Below, piece by piece: positions 50,937-59,881 of a DNA stretch of 64,000 bases. The notes below the pieces were generated by a model. It was not told where the DNA came from. It searched no databases and saw nothing but the letters and a program-made list of their open reading frames with translations. The stretch is taken from the IMG/VR virus record IMGVR_UViG_3300023179_000059, positions 1 to 64,000 of that record; one strand, 5' to 3'. The translations under genes were made by a program, and so were the position numbers. How positions within the stretch are numbered: position 1 is the first letter of the stretch; every line of letters starts with the position of its first letter. This DNA comes from a virus (Duplodnaviria; Caudoviricetes).

Positions 50937-53297
50937 TTAAATTTCATGTATTGCGTCAACAATAAAAGAATCATCTTTTCCAGAAACGCTACCACAAAAA
51001 ATTAGATTATTTCCTTCATATAATACATATTTATACTTCTCTTTAACAGAAGGAAAAACTATAACGCTATCTATAGAACATGTGTCATCTTCTAGTGTTA
51101 AAAATGACATCATTTTACCCTTTGATTCGCCCTTTGTTATCTTATAATCTGATAGTCTTTGTATGTTAGCCACAATACATATGTCTTTTCCACGTTTGCC
51201 ATTAATAATTTCTTTACATGTTGTATTTGCAGCAGACGTATCAGAAACCTCAATTTTAGATAATGAAACTGGACATCCTAAAAACTTTGTTTCTTGATCT
51301 ATTATCCAAGCTGGATCATCTTCTAGATCATATGGTGGATCTATTAATAATTGTATTTCATTTTGAATAATTTGTTTGCGTTCTACCTTACTTGTGCCAC
51401 CGCCCTCTTTTTTGGTTGGTGCAAGAGCTTTTAAAGCATCAATTAAACTGGGCCACTTATGATTATTATAGTTTTCAAATAACCAGTTCTTTTCACTATT
51501 GGTTAGATTTTTAAAGATATCATAGTCATAAAGTGCCTTATTTCTACTAATAATTTCTGAAAATCCCTTAATAAAACCTATTGATGCCAATGTTTTAAAT
51601 GCAGAGGAATTTACTTTTGGAGATAAAAATAATAAGATTTCTAGCCAAGTAAATGACGTAATTTTTTTATTTAATTCCTTTTCTACTTCTTGTATGGATT
51701 CTATTAACTTGTCTCCAGTATTGCCAGTTAATGATTTTATATCTTTTATACCAAAGAATATGGTGTTACCCTTTATATTAAACTTGATATTATAATTAGA
51801 TAAATTTGGCGCTTTTACCTCTATATCAAAAAGCTTTGCTTCAGAAATTAATTCATATATTTCTCTATGTGGATCTTGCTTTTCTGTAGCATGATATAAA
51901 TATGACAAAAAGAATTCTTTAGGATAATGTGCTTTATGATATGCACTTAGATAAGAACATACAGCATAACTAACGCCGTGAGACTTATTAAAAGAATATC
52001 TTGAAGACTTTTCAATCCATTCGAAGATTTGTTCTGCCTCTTCCTTTGTTACTAATCCAATACGTATAGAACCCTCAATGAATGCCTTTTTAACTTCATT
52101 CATAAGGTCGGCTTTCTTTTTTCCAATGGCTTTACGCAACGTATCTGCTTCTTGTAGATTAAATCCAGCAATTTTTTGTGCTATACGCATACTCTGTTCT
52201 TGATAAATTAAAACTCCATAAGTTGGTTTTAATATATCTTCTAATGCTGTATGAAAATATGTTACATCTTCTTTACCATGTTTCCTATCTACATAATGTT
52301 GAGTCATAGATTTACCATCTGCATAAGCTTTTAAGCAATTATGAACAATAAAATTTCCTGCTATAAAATTATGATTAGGAGAAAGCATTGATATGTCATA
52401 AGTATCTTTTACTCCTACGGATTCTTTTCCAAGATAGGTTACCCATTCAATGTCATTAGATTCTGGTAATATATATTTATTTCTATGTAACATAATTTCT
52501 TCTCTTGATAATTTATTATTATTATGTAGCCTATGGCAATTTGGACATAAATACACTAGATTACTAAAATGATTGCTTGTGTGTCTATTACCATCAATAT
52601 GATGAACATCTAAAGTTGTTTCTTTCCATTCACACACAACACATTGCTCTTCATAATGTTTATAACATATTTCTGAAAAATATCTTGTTCCAGAAATATT
52701 TTTCATTCTTGGGCCATCTTTTGTGTGTCTATTTGAAATGGTATTTTGCCTAATGTCTCTGTTATTTTGTTTTTTGAAACAAGCTATTCTATCGCCACAT
52801 TGTAAATCTTTTAATTCTACCCATCCTTTATTTGTAAGTAATTTGTGATCAGAAGTACATTCTAAATCATACCAACTTGGATGAAGTTTGTGCGAAATAT
52901 TCTGAGATGACATTGAATATTTTCTTATTTTTACCTTAAAACATTCTTTTTGTCCACTATAAAAAATATGTAATATTTGGTTTTTTACTACGGTCATATC
53001 AGATTCATTTAGTGAAAATATTTCTGTTGGTTTATTTTTAGAATTATATATGTCTCTTATTTTTTGTCTTATAAATCTATTTTTACCATCTTTGTGAATA
53101 TATTTCGATATGGTTATAAGAGTATCTCCAGAAATACATCCCGGCCTAATAATACTTATTAATGCACATAACTCTTCAATATTTTTAGGTTGTAACTTTT
53201 TTGCCCATGATTTACCAAGATTACTTTCTAGTTGAAAAATGCCCTTGGTTTTTCCATCGGCAAACAGTTGCCAAGTTTTTTTATCGTTATATTCCAT
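50937..53297 (-). CDS. dnaE: DNA polymerase III alpha, C-terminal half (fingers, HhH, OB), intein-containing
   Basis: GIFQLES, RPG, YQEQ.M, AD.LRKAIGKK, FNKSH and OB-fold M.FLTLED motifs. Confidence 0.9.
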   Translation of the reverse strand: MEYNDKKTWQLFADGKTKGIFQLESNLGKSWAKKLQPKNIEELCALISIIRPGCISGDTLITISKYIHKDGKNRFIRQKIRDIYNSKNKPTEIFSLNESDMTVVKNQILHIFYSGQKECFKVKIRKYSMSSQNISHKLHPSWYDLECTSDHKLLTNKGWVELKDLQCGDRIACFKKQNNRDIRQNTISNRHTKDGPRMKNISGTRYFSEICYKHYEEQCVVCEWKETTLDVHHIDGNRHTSNHFSNLVYLCPNCHRLHNNNKLSREEIMLHRNKYILPESNDIEWVTYLGKESVGVKDTYDISMLSPNHNFIAGNFIVHNCLKAYADGKSMTQHYVDRKHGKEDVTYFHTALEDILKPTYGVLIYQEQSMRIAQKIAGFNLQEADTLRKAIGKKKADLMNEVKKAFIEGSIRIGLVTKEEAEQIFEWIEKSSRYSFNKSHGVSYAVCSYLSAYHKAHYPKEFFLSYLYHATEKQDPHREIYELISEAKLFDIEVKAPNLSNYNIKFNIKGNTIFFGIKDIKSLTGNTGDKLIESIQEVEKELNKKITSFTWLEILLFLSPKVNSSAFKTLASIGFIKGFSEIISRNKALYDYDIFKNLTNSEKNWLFENYNNHKWPSLIDALKALAPTKKEGGGTSKVERKQIIQNEIQLLIDPPYDLEDDPAWIIDQETKFLGCPVSLSKIEVSDTSAANTTCKEIINGKRGKDICIVANIQRLSDYKITKGESKGKMMSFLTLEDDTCSIDSVIVFPSVKEKYKYVLYEGNNLIFCGSVSGKDDSFIVDAIHEI
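52338..53138 (-). mobile_element. 267-aa intein with HNH endonuclease in DnaE-C
   Basis: Starts CISGDT after RPG; block B CTSDHKLLT; HNH C..C...LDVHHIDG...N...NL..LCPNCH; ends TYDI...HNF....IVHN before +1 Cys. Confidence 0.92.
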
Positions 53298-53751
53298 CGT
53301 TATTTTTCTTATAAGATTGAGCTTTTTTGCTATTAAACCCGTTTGTTACCCATTGTAAGTTATTTACTCTAAAATCTGATTTATCATCATTTATATGATC
53401 TACCTCTAACTTTTTATTTGTATCATCATTTTCTATAAATGCTAAAGCAACCAATCTATGCATCGCAATAACAATACCACCGATTCCAATACAAGGATAT
53501 TGATTTCTTGTAGTATTTACGGTTAGCTTATTGTTTTTAGGACCAATTACATATGGAAAACCACCAACATTTTTATGCAGAAAATATTTACCTTGTTCAA
53601 TAGAATTTAATTTACTTATCATTATATTTGATTTTCTATGCATTTCTTTTTCGCCAATAAATTTAACATTGATTTTGCTTACATCTATAAAGTCTAAATC
53701 TAAAATTTTTGGTTCGTCATTTTCGAATAATTGTAATTGTTTATTTGACAT
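53287..53751 (-). mobile_element. Free-standing HNH homing endonuclease (I-HmuI-like)
   Basis: MHRLVALAFI...VDHIND.K.D.RV.NLQWVT; likely start ATG 53751 with AAGGA SD. Confidence 0.85.
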
Positions 53752-54421
53752 ATAATTCCTTATTTGCGAAGGCTTTTTCAAAATTCATGTTTTGGTAAAC
53801 GGCTCTATGTGTTTTCATTAGCTTTATAAAAATATTAGCTTCATCTTTAACGTCTTGCAATGCATCGTGTGCATTTTCTTTTGACAATCCCATTATATCT
53901 CTTAATGAATCCATGCTTATAGACTTGATTGATGGATCACCTTCTGTCCATGCAAAAATATTATCCATAATATCAAATTTATAAACACGACTAAATAGTT
54001 TTTGTTTTTCTCTATCTTTATCCCAAGGACCATATTCTCTACATAAACGATCAATGATTATCATATCAAATCCAAGAATATTAAATCCAACAGGTATTGG
54101 TGCATAAAATGGATCATTTTTCCAATTATATTGCCCAACAAATTTAATAAACTTATTCCAAACTACTTTTAATGTTGGGGCATTTTCTAGCTGTTCTCTA
54201 GTTTTATGTGTTATCTTTAGTGCTTCATCTTCTATTGGGTCTAACCCAAGACTGATTGCTTTTTCATCATCAAGCACAGGCTTAATTTCACTATTAAATT
54301 GTCCCTTGAGCTTAAGATTTCTACCATCTAATGCTAGTGCGGCAATTTGAGTTGGCTGTGTTTTATTTGGATTACGAGATCCCGTCTCCCAATCAAATAT
54401 TATATAATCACGATTTGCCAT
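53741..54421 (-). CDS. DEDDh 3'-5' exonuclease (DnaQ/epsilon-like)
   Basis: ExoI FDWETG, ExoII GFN...FD, ExoIII HDALQD; likely start ATG 54421 with GGAG SD. Confidence 0.85.
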   Translation of the reverse strand: MANRDYIIFDWETGSRNPNKTQPTQIAALALDGRNLKLKGQFNSEIKPVLDDEKAISLGLDPIEDEALKITHKTREQLENAPTLKVVWNKFIKFVGQYNWKNDPFYAPIPVGFNILGFDMIIIDRLCREYGPWDKDREKQKLFSRVYKFDIMDNIFAWTEGDPSIKSISMDSLRDIMGLSKENAHDALQDVKDEANIFIKLMKTHRAVYQNMNFEKAFANKELYVK

Positions 54422-54491
54422 AAATATGTTCTCCATGTGAAGTAGAGCTATATAGTGTCTTAAAAATTGTTTGATCTTTATGATTTTAAAA

Positions 54492-56120
54492 CTAGATTAA
54501 GTCTTTTGTGTGCATTATTTTATCTAATAATGATAAGCCTAGAATATCAAATTTTACATGACCCAAGGCTTCCAAGTCTGACATTTCTAATCCAGCAATT
54601 TTTTCATTAGATCCCTTTTCTTTAACCATTGGACATGCTTTATATAATGGTTCTGCTGAAATTACAACTCCAGCCGCATGTTTTCCTTGTGTTTTAAAAG
54701 TACCTTCTATTGCTATTGCTTGTTTAAAGTATTCTGCATATTCACCATCTAATTTACCATCATCATTAATATAACAAAAGTCTCTTAATTCTTTGGAGTT
54801 ATTTATTAATGCCCAACGAATAATTGATCTTTCGTCATCATCCATATCCGCAAGTTGATCTGATATTTCTGCCTCATTTGGAATATATTTTGTAATCGTA
54901 TTCATTTCTGCAAATGAACATGCTTCGTACACTCTCAATACTTCTTTAATAGCACTTCTACCCTGCAATCTACCAAACGTTAACATTTGACTCACATGAT
55001 CATTGCCATATTTTGTTTTTAGATATTCAATGACATTATCTCTTTTCTTACTTGGAACGTCCATATCTATATCTGGTAGTGATATATGATCTTTAGAATT
55101 TCTTCCGTCGTTATAAAATCTACTAAATAATAGATCATATTCTAATGGGTCTATTTGTGTAATACCAAGAAGATAAGATATTAAACATCCAGCGGCACTG
55201 CCTCTGCCGGGACCAGATAACCACCCTTGATTATTAACATATCTAATAATATCTTGAACTATTAGAAAATATCCGAACAAGTTTGCTCTATTAATTACGC
55301 CAAGTTCTTCGTTAAATCTGTCTCCATACAATTTTTTCGAATCTGGAGAATTAACTTTATTTGTAGCTATTAATAATCTTCTCCATCCATCACGACATAA
55401 TTCTTTTAAGTATTCTTCTTCCGATATACCATTTGGACAATCAAATCTTGGAAGCATTGGTTGATTTAATATATTATATTCTTCGCACTTACTTAGTATT
55501 TCTTCCAAGTCTTTTGCCTGTTCTTTTGAATACTTTACATTTTCTAAATCTTTAGAAGACCATAAATATTTATTGTCTTTTATGAAAAAGTCTTTTATGT
55601 CTTCTGGTAATTCTTCTTTTCTAATTTGCTTTTGTACCTTTGGTAATGTCGTTTTCATGTTTGAACAAAGTAATATTCTATGCAATTCTACATCCGATTG
55701 ATCTATGTAATAACTTTTTGGAGTTAATATAGAATATGCATAAGAGTCCTCACCAAGTGCGGTATACTTTTTATCAGATAGGCAAATGAGATTTTGTTTT
55801 GCAAATATTTCTTTACACAATTCAGACGGAAGATTTCCATCTTCATCTAATGATGAAACTAATTCTATTAAATCTAGCCAGCCATTTTTATTCTTTGCAA
55901 ATAAAATATAATTATCAAATGAACATCCAATTATTGGCTTAATGCCAGCGTCTTTACAAGCCTTGAAAAAAGATATTGCACCAGAAATAGTCTTATAATC
56001 AGCTATTCCACATGCTGAATATCCATTTTCTTTACACTTTTTTGCAAGTTCTTTTGGTTTAGAAAAACCACGCAAAAGACTATAATGAGTATAATTTATC
56101 AAAGGCGACCAATTCAACAT
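54492..56120 (-). CDS. dnaE: DNA polymerase III alpha, N-terminal half (PHP + palm)
   Basis: PHP (THYSLL.G, GIKPIIG), GRGSAAG, PDIDMD, GKHAAG.VI and KFDILGL; likely start ATG 56120 with AAGGA SD. Confidence 0.9.
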   Translation of the reverse strand: MLNWSPLINYTHYSLLRGFSKPKELAKKCKENGYSACGIADYKTISGAISFFKACKDAGIKPIIGCSFDNYILFAKNKNGWLDLIELVSSLDEDGNLPSELCKEIFAKQNLICLSDKKYTALGEDSYAYSILTPKSYYIDQSDVELHRILLCSNMKTTLPKVQKQIRKEELPEDIKDFFIKDNKYLWSSKDLENVKYSKEQAKDLEEILSKCEEYNILNQPMLPRFDCPNGISEEEYLKELCRDGWRRLLIATNKVNSPDSKKLYGDRFNEELGVINRANLFGYFLIVQDIIRYVNNQGWLSGPGRGSAAGCLISYLLGITQIDPLEYDLLFSRFYNDGRNSKDHISLPDIDMDVPSKKRDNVIEYLKTKYGNDHVSQMLTFGRLQGRSAIKEVLRVYEACSFAEMNTITKYIPNEAEISDQLADMDDDERSIIRWALINNSKELRDFCYINDDGKLDGEYAEYFKQAIAIEGTFKTQGKHAAGVVISAEPLYKACPMVKEKGSNEKIAGLEMSDLEALGHVKFDILGLSLLDKIMHTKDLI

Positions 56121-56153
56121 ATTCAATTCCTTAATAGTGTAATGCAACACTAT

Positions 56154-56182
56154 ATTATAGCAACGTAGAACCAAAAATGCAA
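56154..56182 (-). promoter_or_regulatory. Sigma70-type promoter for dnaE-N: TTGCAT-17-TATAAT with extended -10 TG
   Basis: Exact 17-nt spacer; TGn before TATAAT; lies directly upstream of the RBS. Confidence 0.7.
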
Positions 56183-56188
56183 GATGGA

Positions 56189-56220
56189 CACGCTGCGGAA
56201 ATATTTCATTCCGCAGAGTG
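56189..56220. terminator. GC-rich hairpin CAC.CTGCGGAA/TTCCGCAG.GTG upstream of the dnaE promoter
   Basis: 11-bp stem with one mismatch and an 8-nt loop; U-tract imperfect. Confidence 0.45.
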
Positions 56221-56231
56221 ACCAATATAAA

Positions 56232-56533
56232 TTAACTCTTTATATCAAGTTTATCTTTTGTTGCTTTTGGCAAAGCTGCAACAAATTCTGGACCTTTTCT
56301 TTTAGCCATTTTATATAACTTATTTAAAAACTCATCATAACTCGTCTTGCCTTTCATTCTTCCAAAATTGCTTATAGCATCTGGAATATCTTGTGGTGTA
56401 ACTATGGAAATGATCTATCTTCTGGAAAAAGAAAGTCACTATCTTTTAGCTCACTACGTTTCTTTCCTTTATATGTTTTTTGATATGCATGTATATTATC
56501 TAGTTCTTCGCTTAAATTAAAATTTTCTAACAT
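56232..56533 (-). pseudogene. ~100-aa gene interrupted by an apparent 1-nt deletion (…DSDFLFPEDRSFP/IVTPQDIPDA…)
   Basis: SD AGGAG; TAG at 56402-04 in frame 0; the -1 frame continues 57 codons to TAA 56232; span 302 nt (one short of 101 codons). Confidence 0.6.
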
Positions 56534-56541
56534 TATTACTC

Positions 56542-56964
56542 CTATTTTATTGGACCACCAGTTATCCAAGCGTCACATGTTCTTTCGCCAGCACATTTAA
56601 AATCGAATAATTCACAATATCCTAAATTAGATGTGTCTACTATTTCTTTGGCTATGTCTTCTTCTTGTATAGATATTGATGCTATTCCTTTTTCTATACA
56701 TTGTTTCATCTTTTCTTTCACAATAAAAGCCGCACAATTACCACATCTCATAGTTTTTATTTCTTCTATTGATGTTTTAAATAAGTCAGCTTTTTTTTGC
56801 CAAAAGTCATCGTTATCTAATTCTGGATTAGCTGGTCCATAATTAGCTTGTTCTACGCATTTTTTTCTATTAGCTAAATTTAATACAATATCCTGCGTTG
56901 CTGGAGGACATTCTATATAATTTTGAATAGATTCTATTATTTCTTCTGCTCTAAACTTATTCAT
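56542..56964 (-). CDS. Cys-rich hypothetical phage protein
   Basis: RCGNCAAF...GYCE.FDFKCA..RTC.AW; SD AAGGAG. Confidence 0.6.
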   Translation of the reverse strand: MNKFRAEEIIESIQNYIECPPATQDIVLNLANRKKCVEQANYGPANPELDNDDFWQKKADLFKTSIEEIKTMRCGNCAAFIVKEKMKQCIEKGIASISIQEEDIAKEIVDTSNLGYCELFDFKCAGERTCDAWITGGPIK

Positions 56965-56975
56965 ATTTTTTCTCC

Positions 56976-57983
56976 TTACCAGCTTTTACAGGCCCAATAA
57001 CGAGCTTTCCATTTTGGACCGGGATTATCACAATTATGTCTTGCTCTAAAGCTCTTTCTTCTTTCTGGTATATTTTTTTTGATTTTCATATTTGGATCAC
57101 CAAAACGAACGATAACAACATTGCCACTTTCATTTTTTGTATATACAGCAAATTTCTTTGGACCATTTGAGGTTCTAAATGGTTTATTTAATGTTACTTT
57201 ACGTCCTTGATATTCTGCTGCTTTACCAACAAATATTAAAGAATGACCATTTTTTTCATAAACTCCACGCCTATTATATGTATAGACTTCTTGTGTAATA
57301 GGATCTTGATACTGGAATTTTGATTCTGTATCTTCCATTTCATCTTCAATATCATCTACTTCAGATGGCTCGTCTATATATTCATCTTCATATTTACTAG
57401 GTTCATAATATGTAACAAAGTCAAATACATTTTGTACATATATTTCTGCTTTAGAAATCATATCTTTAGTCCAATCTTGAAATTCTATTTCCATTAATTT
57501 CAGCTTCATGATAACTGACATTAACTGATCATGCATTTTTTGTATTTGTTCTATAGCCATCTCGTCTCCGCTACCAGACTGAGCCTTTTTCCAAGCATCT
57601 TTGCTTGGTCTATCTGGATCTCCCGGTTTTGCTGGCTTATAATTTTTTCCCTCACGCTCCTTTTTCTTACGAATATTCTCCCATAGACCGGGCTTTTCTG
57701 CCGCACAGTCCCATTCTTCTATTGTTTCTCCAAAGTCTACATATTCTGCTGCTGTTGGAACATAAAAATTATCTTCATTTAATTCTTCTTCATATCCATA
57801 TGCTTCGATTTGCATTTGAAAATCGGCGGCTTCTATACAATTGCAATCTGCTGTTGCTTGCTGTATGCAAATAGCCACTCTTTGTTTTTCATCTGGATAT
57901 TCTTTCTTCATTGTTTCATTACTCATACAACGAGAAACAAAATTATCTTTTTGTTCATCTTTTTTTCTTGATGGAATTGGCAT
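56976..57983 (-). CDS. Mosaic protein of short modules, putative head-internal protein
   Basis: Modules MPIP...FVSRCM...QRVAIC; PGLWENIRKK; EMA..Q...DW....I; EYQGRKV.LNKP...KSFRARH.C...YWAC..W. Confidence 0.5.
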   Translation of the reverse strand: MPIPSRKKDEQKDNFVSRCMSNETMKKEYPDEKQRVAICIQQATADCNCIEAADFQMQIEAYGYEEELNEDNFYVPTAAEYVDFGETIEEWDCAAEKPGLWENIRKKKEREGKNYKPAKPGDPDRPSKDAWKKAQSGSGDEMAIEQIQKMHDQLMSVIMKLKLMEIEFQDWTKDMISKAEIYVQNVFDFVTYYEPSKYEDEYIDEPSEVDDIEDEMEDTESKFQYQDPITQEVYTYNRRGVYEKNGHSLIFVGKAAEYQGRKVTLNKPFRTSNGPKKFAVYTKNESGNVVIVRFGDPNMKIKKNIPERRKSFRARHNCDNPGPKWKARYWACKSW

Positions 57984-57992
57984 AATATTCTC

Positions 57993-58850
57993 CTATTTAA
58001 GTATTAAATTTTTAGCTTGTGAAAAAATATTCTCTATACTACCTTCTGGTATTTTTGGCTTGAAGTAACTAAAAATTTGCTTTATCATTTCATGTTCTGG
58101 ATCTTGTGTTATTTCAAGCCATCCAACAAAATAGTTCCATATTCTATCTTCTAGAATAAGTGGATATTTTACACCAAGCGGTCTTCCAAATCTATGCAAC
58201 CATCCCAGCTTTGGTAGACATATATTCTTTCCACCATTTCTTCTAAATTTCTCTGCTATATATCCTTCTTCTCCACCAAATCCTCTAAAGTGTTCACATA
58301 TACCCGGCCAATTCTTTTTTTCAAATGAGCATAAGCCCATACCTTGCATTAGTATTTCAAATGGTTTATTTAATTTATATTTTTCATGATCTGTTCCCCA
58401 TGTTCCATACATATCTCCACTCCAATTTGGATCAAAATGTGTAGAAACATTGTTTAAATCATCATATACTAATGGTCCCTGTACTAAATCCTTACAATTT
58501 TTATTTTCTAAATAATAATCTAATAATGAATTAATGGCGTTTTGTATTAATAAAACGTGACAATCTAAAATAACAACATATTTTCCAATTGCGTGTTTTG
58601 CTATTTCATATTTATTAAAGCTAGAACATTTATCTTCTTTTGGTATATATCTACCAAGCTTATTTAATCCACCCTCGATAAATCTTTTAGTCGCTTTACC
58701 GCTTTCACTATTTGGATTATTATCTAGAACAATATATTCTACCATGTCTGTATTACATGCTTCATGGTACATTCTTAAGCCTTGTATGGTAAAGAATACA
58801 CCATCATAATCGTCATAAGTTGCCATTCCAATAGTTAATAATTTTTTCAT
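57993..58850 (-). CDS. GT2-family glycosyltransferase
   Basis: LTIGMATYDD, ILDCHV and GFGGEE motifs. Confidence 0.75.
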   Translation of the reverse strand: MKKLLTIGMATYDDYDGVFFTIQGLRMYHEACNTDMVEYIVLDNNPNSESGKATKRFIEGGLNKLGRYIPKEDKCSSFNKYEIAKHAIGKYVVILDCHVLLIQNAINSLLDYYLENKNCKDLVQGPLVYDDLNNVSTHFDPNWSGDMYGTWGTDHEKYKLNKPFEILMQGMGLCSFEKKNWPGICEHFRGFGGEEGYIAEKFRRNGGKNICLPKLGWLHRFGRPLGVKYPLILEDRIWNYFVGWLEITQDPEHEMIKQIFSYFKPKIPEGSIENIFSQAKNLILK

Positions 58851-58860
58851 TTTTCAATAC

Positions 58861-59880
58861 TCAACCGGGGGATTCATAAAAACCTATGTCGAAATCTTCT
58901 CTTTTACAATCGTTGACAGTCTTTTGCATACCATTTTCTTGTAAATATCTATCTATATATACACACATACTTTGATCTGTGTCTTTCCAGTTGTTTTTAC
59001 AAAAATGGCATAATTTAGTGCATTTCCAGTTACTTCTATCATCAGAAATGGGTTTTGGCTTGTTATTTCTCTGTATTTCCTTAAATCTATCTTTAAGCAT
59101 ATTTAAGAATATTGTCTGATCGTTTTGATCAAAACATAGGGAAAATGGCCCACCGTCCTTAATGAAAAATATAGACATAATTGACTGTTTATATTCTGGA
59201 AAAAGTTTAGATATTGCATAATTATATAGTAATAATTGTGGATCTTTGCCTAATTTAGCATATGTTTTTTCTTCTCCAGTAGCCCAATCTAATCTTCTTC
59301 CTGTTTTCCAATCTACTACTTCTATAATTCCCGGCTCAGATTCTGTTACAAGATCTATTGTGCCTTTTATTGCCAGTTGTCCCTTTATCTTTTTACCGTC
59401 TATTTCGTATTCGTATTTTGCCCAATCTTCTTCTATTGGAATATCAAAGTGTGGTTCTGCGGCAATAATATTTCTATTTCTTGGATCAAATTGTCCATTA
59501 TTAAAATTTAGTGCATTAAAGCATAATTCTAGACAATCATTTTTATCATATTTTGAAAATGTATTATGAGACTTATTAGTATAAAAATCAAAGCTTTTTT
59601 CTAGTAATTGACTCACAATTTCTTTTTTAAATAATGCTGCTGAACCAACAGATATACTTCCTACGGCATCGTCATTAATAGTTATTTTTTTGCTCTTTGG
59701 ATTATCTTGTAATTCTTTTTTAAGCTTGGCTAACGACTCCATTACCTTATGAATAATTGTGCCAAGGTCTGCTTTTTTTCCACTTAAAGATTGATATCCA
59801 AGAACATATGTAATAAAGTATTGCATCTCACAATAAGCATAGTTATTATAACTAGAAGATCTAACGTATGTTACAATCAT
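58861..59880 (-). CDS. PD-(D/E)xK exonuclease, RecB/Cas4-like with Fe-S cysteines
   Basis: SS...Y..C, G.IIH, GTIDLV, VDWKTG, QL..Y and C..LC.FC. Confidence 0.85.
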   Translation of the reverse strand: MIVTYVRSSSYNNYAYCEMQYFITYVLGYQSLSGKKADLGTIIHKVMESLAKLKKELQDNPKSKKITINDDAVGSISVGSAALFKKEIVSQLLEKSFDFYTNKSHNTFSKYDKNDCLELCFNALNFNNGQFDPRNRNIIAAEPHFDIPIEEDWAKYEYEIDGKKIKGQLAIKGTIDLVTESEPGIIEVVDWKTGRRLDWATGEEKTYAKLGKDPQLLLYNYAISKLFPEYKQSIMSIFFIKDGGPFSLCFDQNDQTIFLNMLKDRFKEIQRNNKPKPISDDRSNWKCTKLCHFCKNNWKDTDQSMCVYIDRYLQENGMQKTVNDCKREDFDIGFYESPG

Positions 59881-59881
59881 A

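Noticed and set aside
53298-54491. Group I intron joining the two dnaE halves
   Set aside because: The interval is almost entirely filled by the exonuclease and HNH ORFs, leaving no room for a ribozyme core; each half has its own start context
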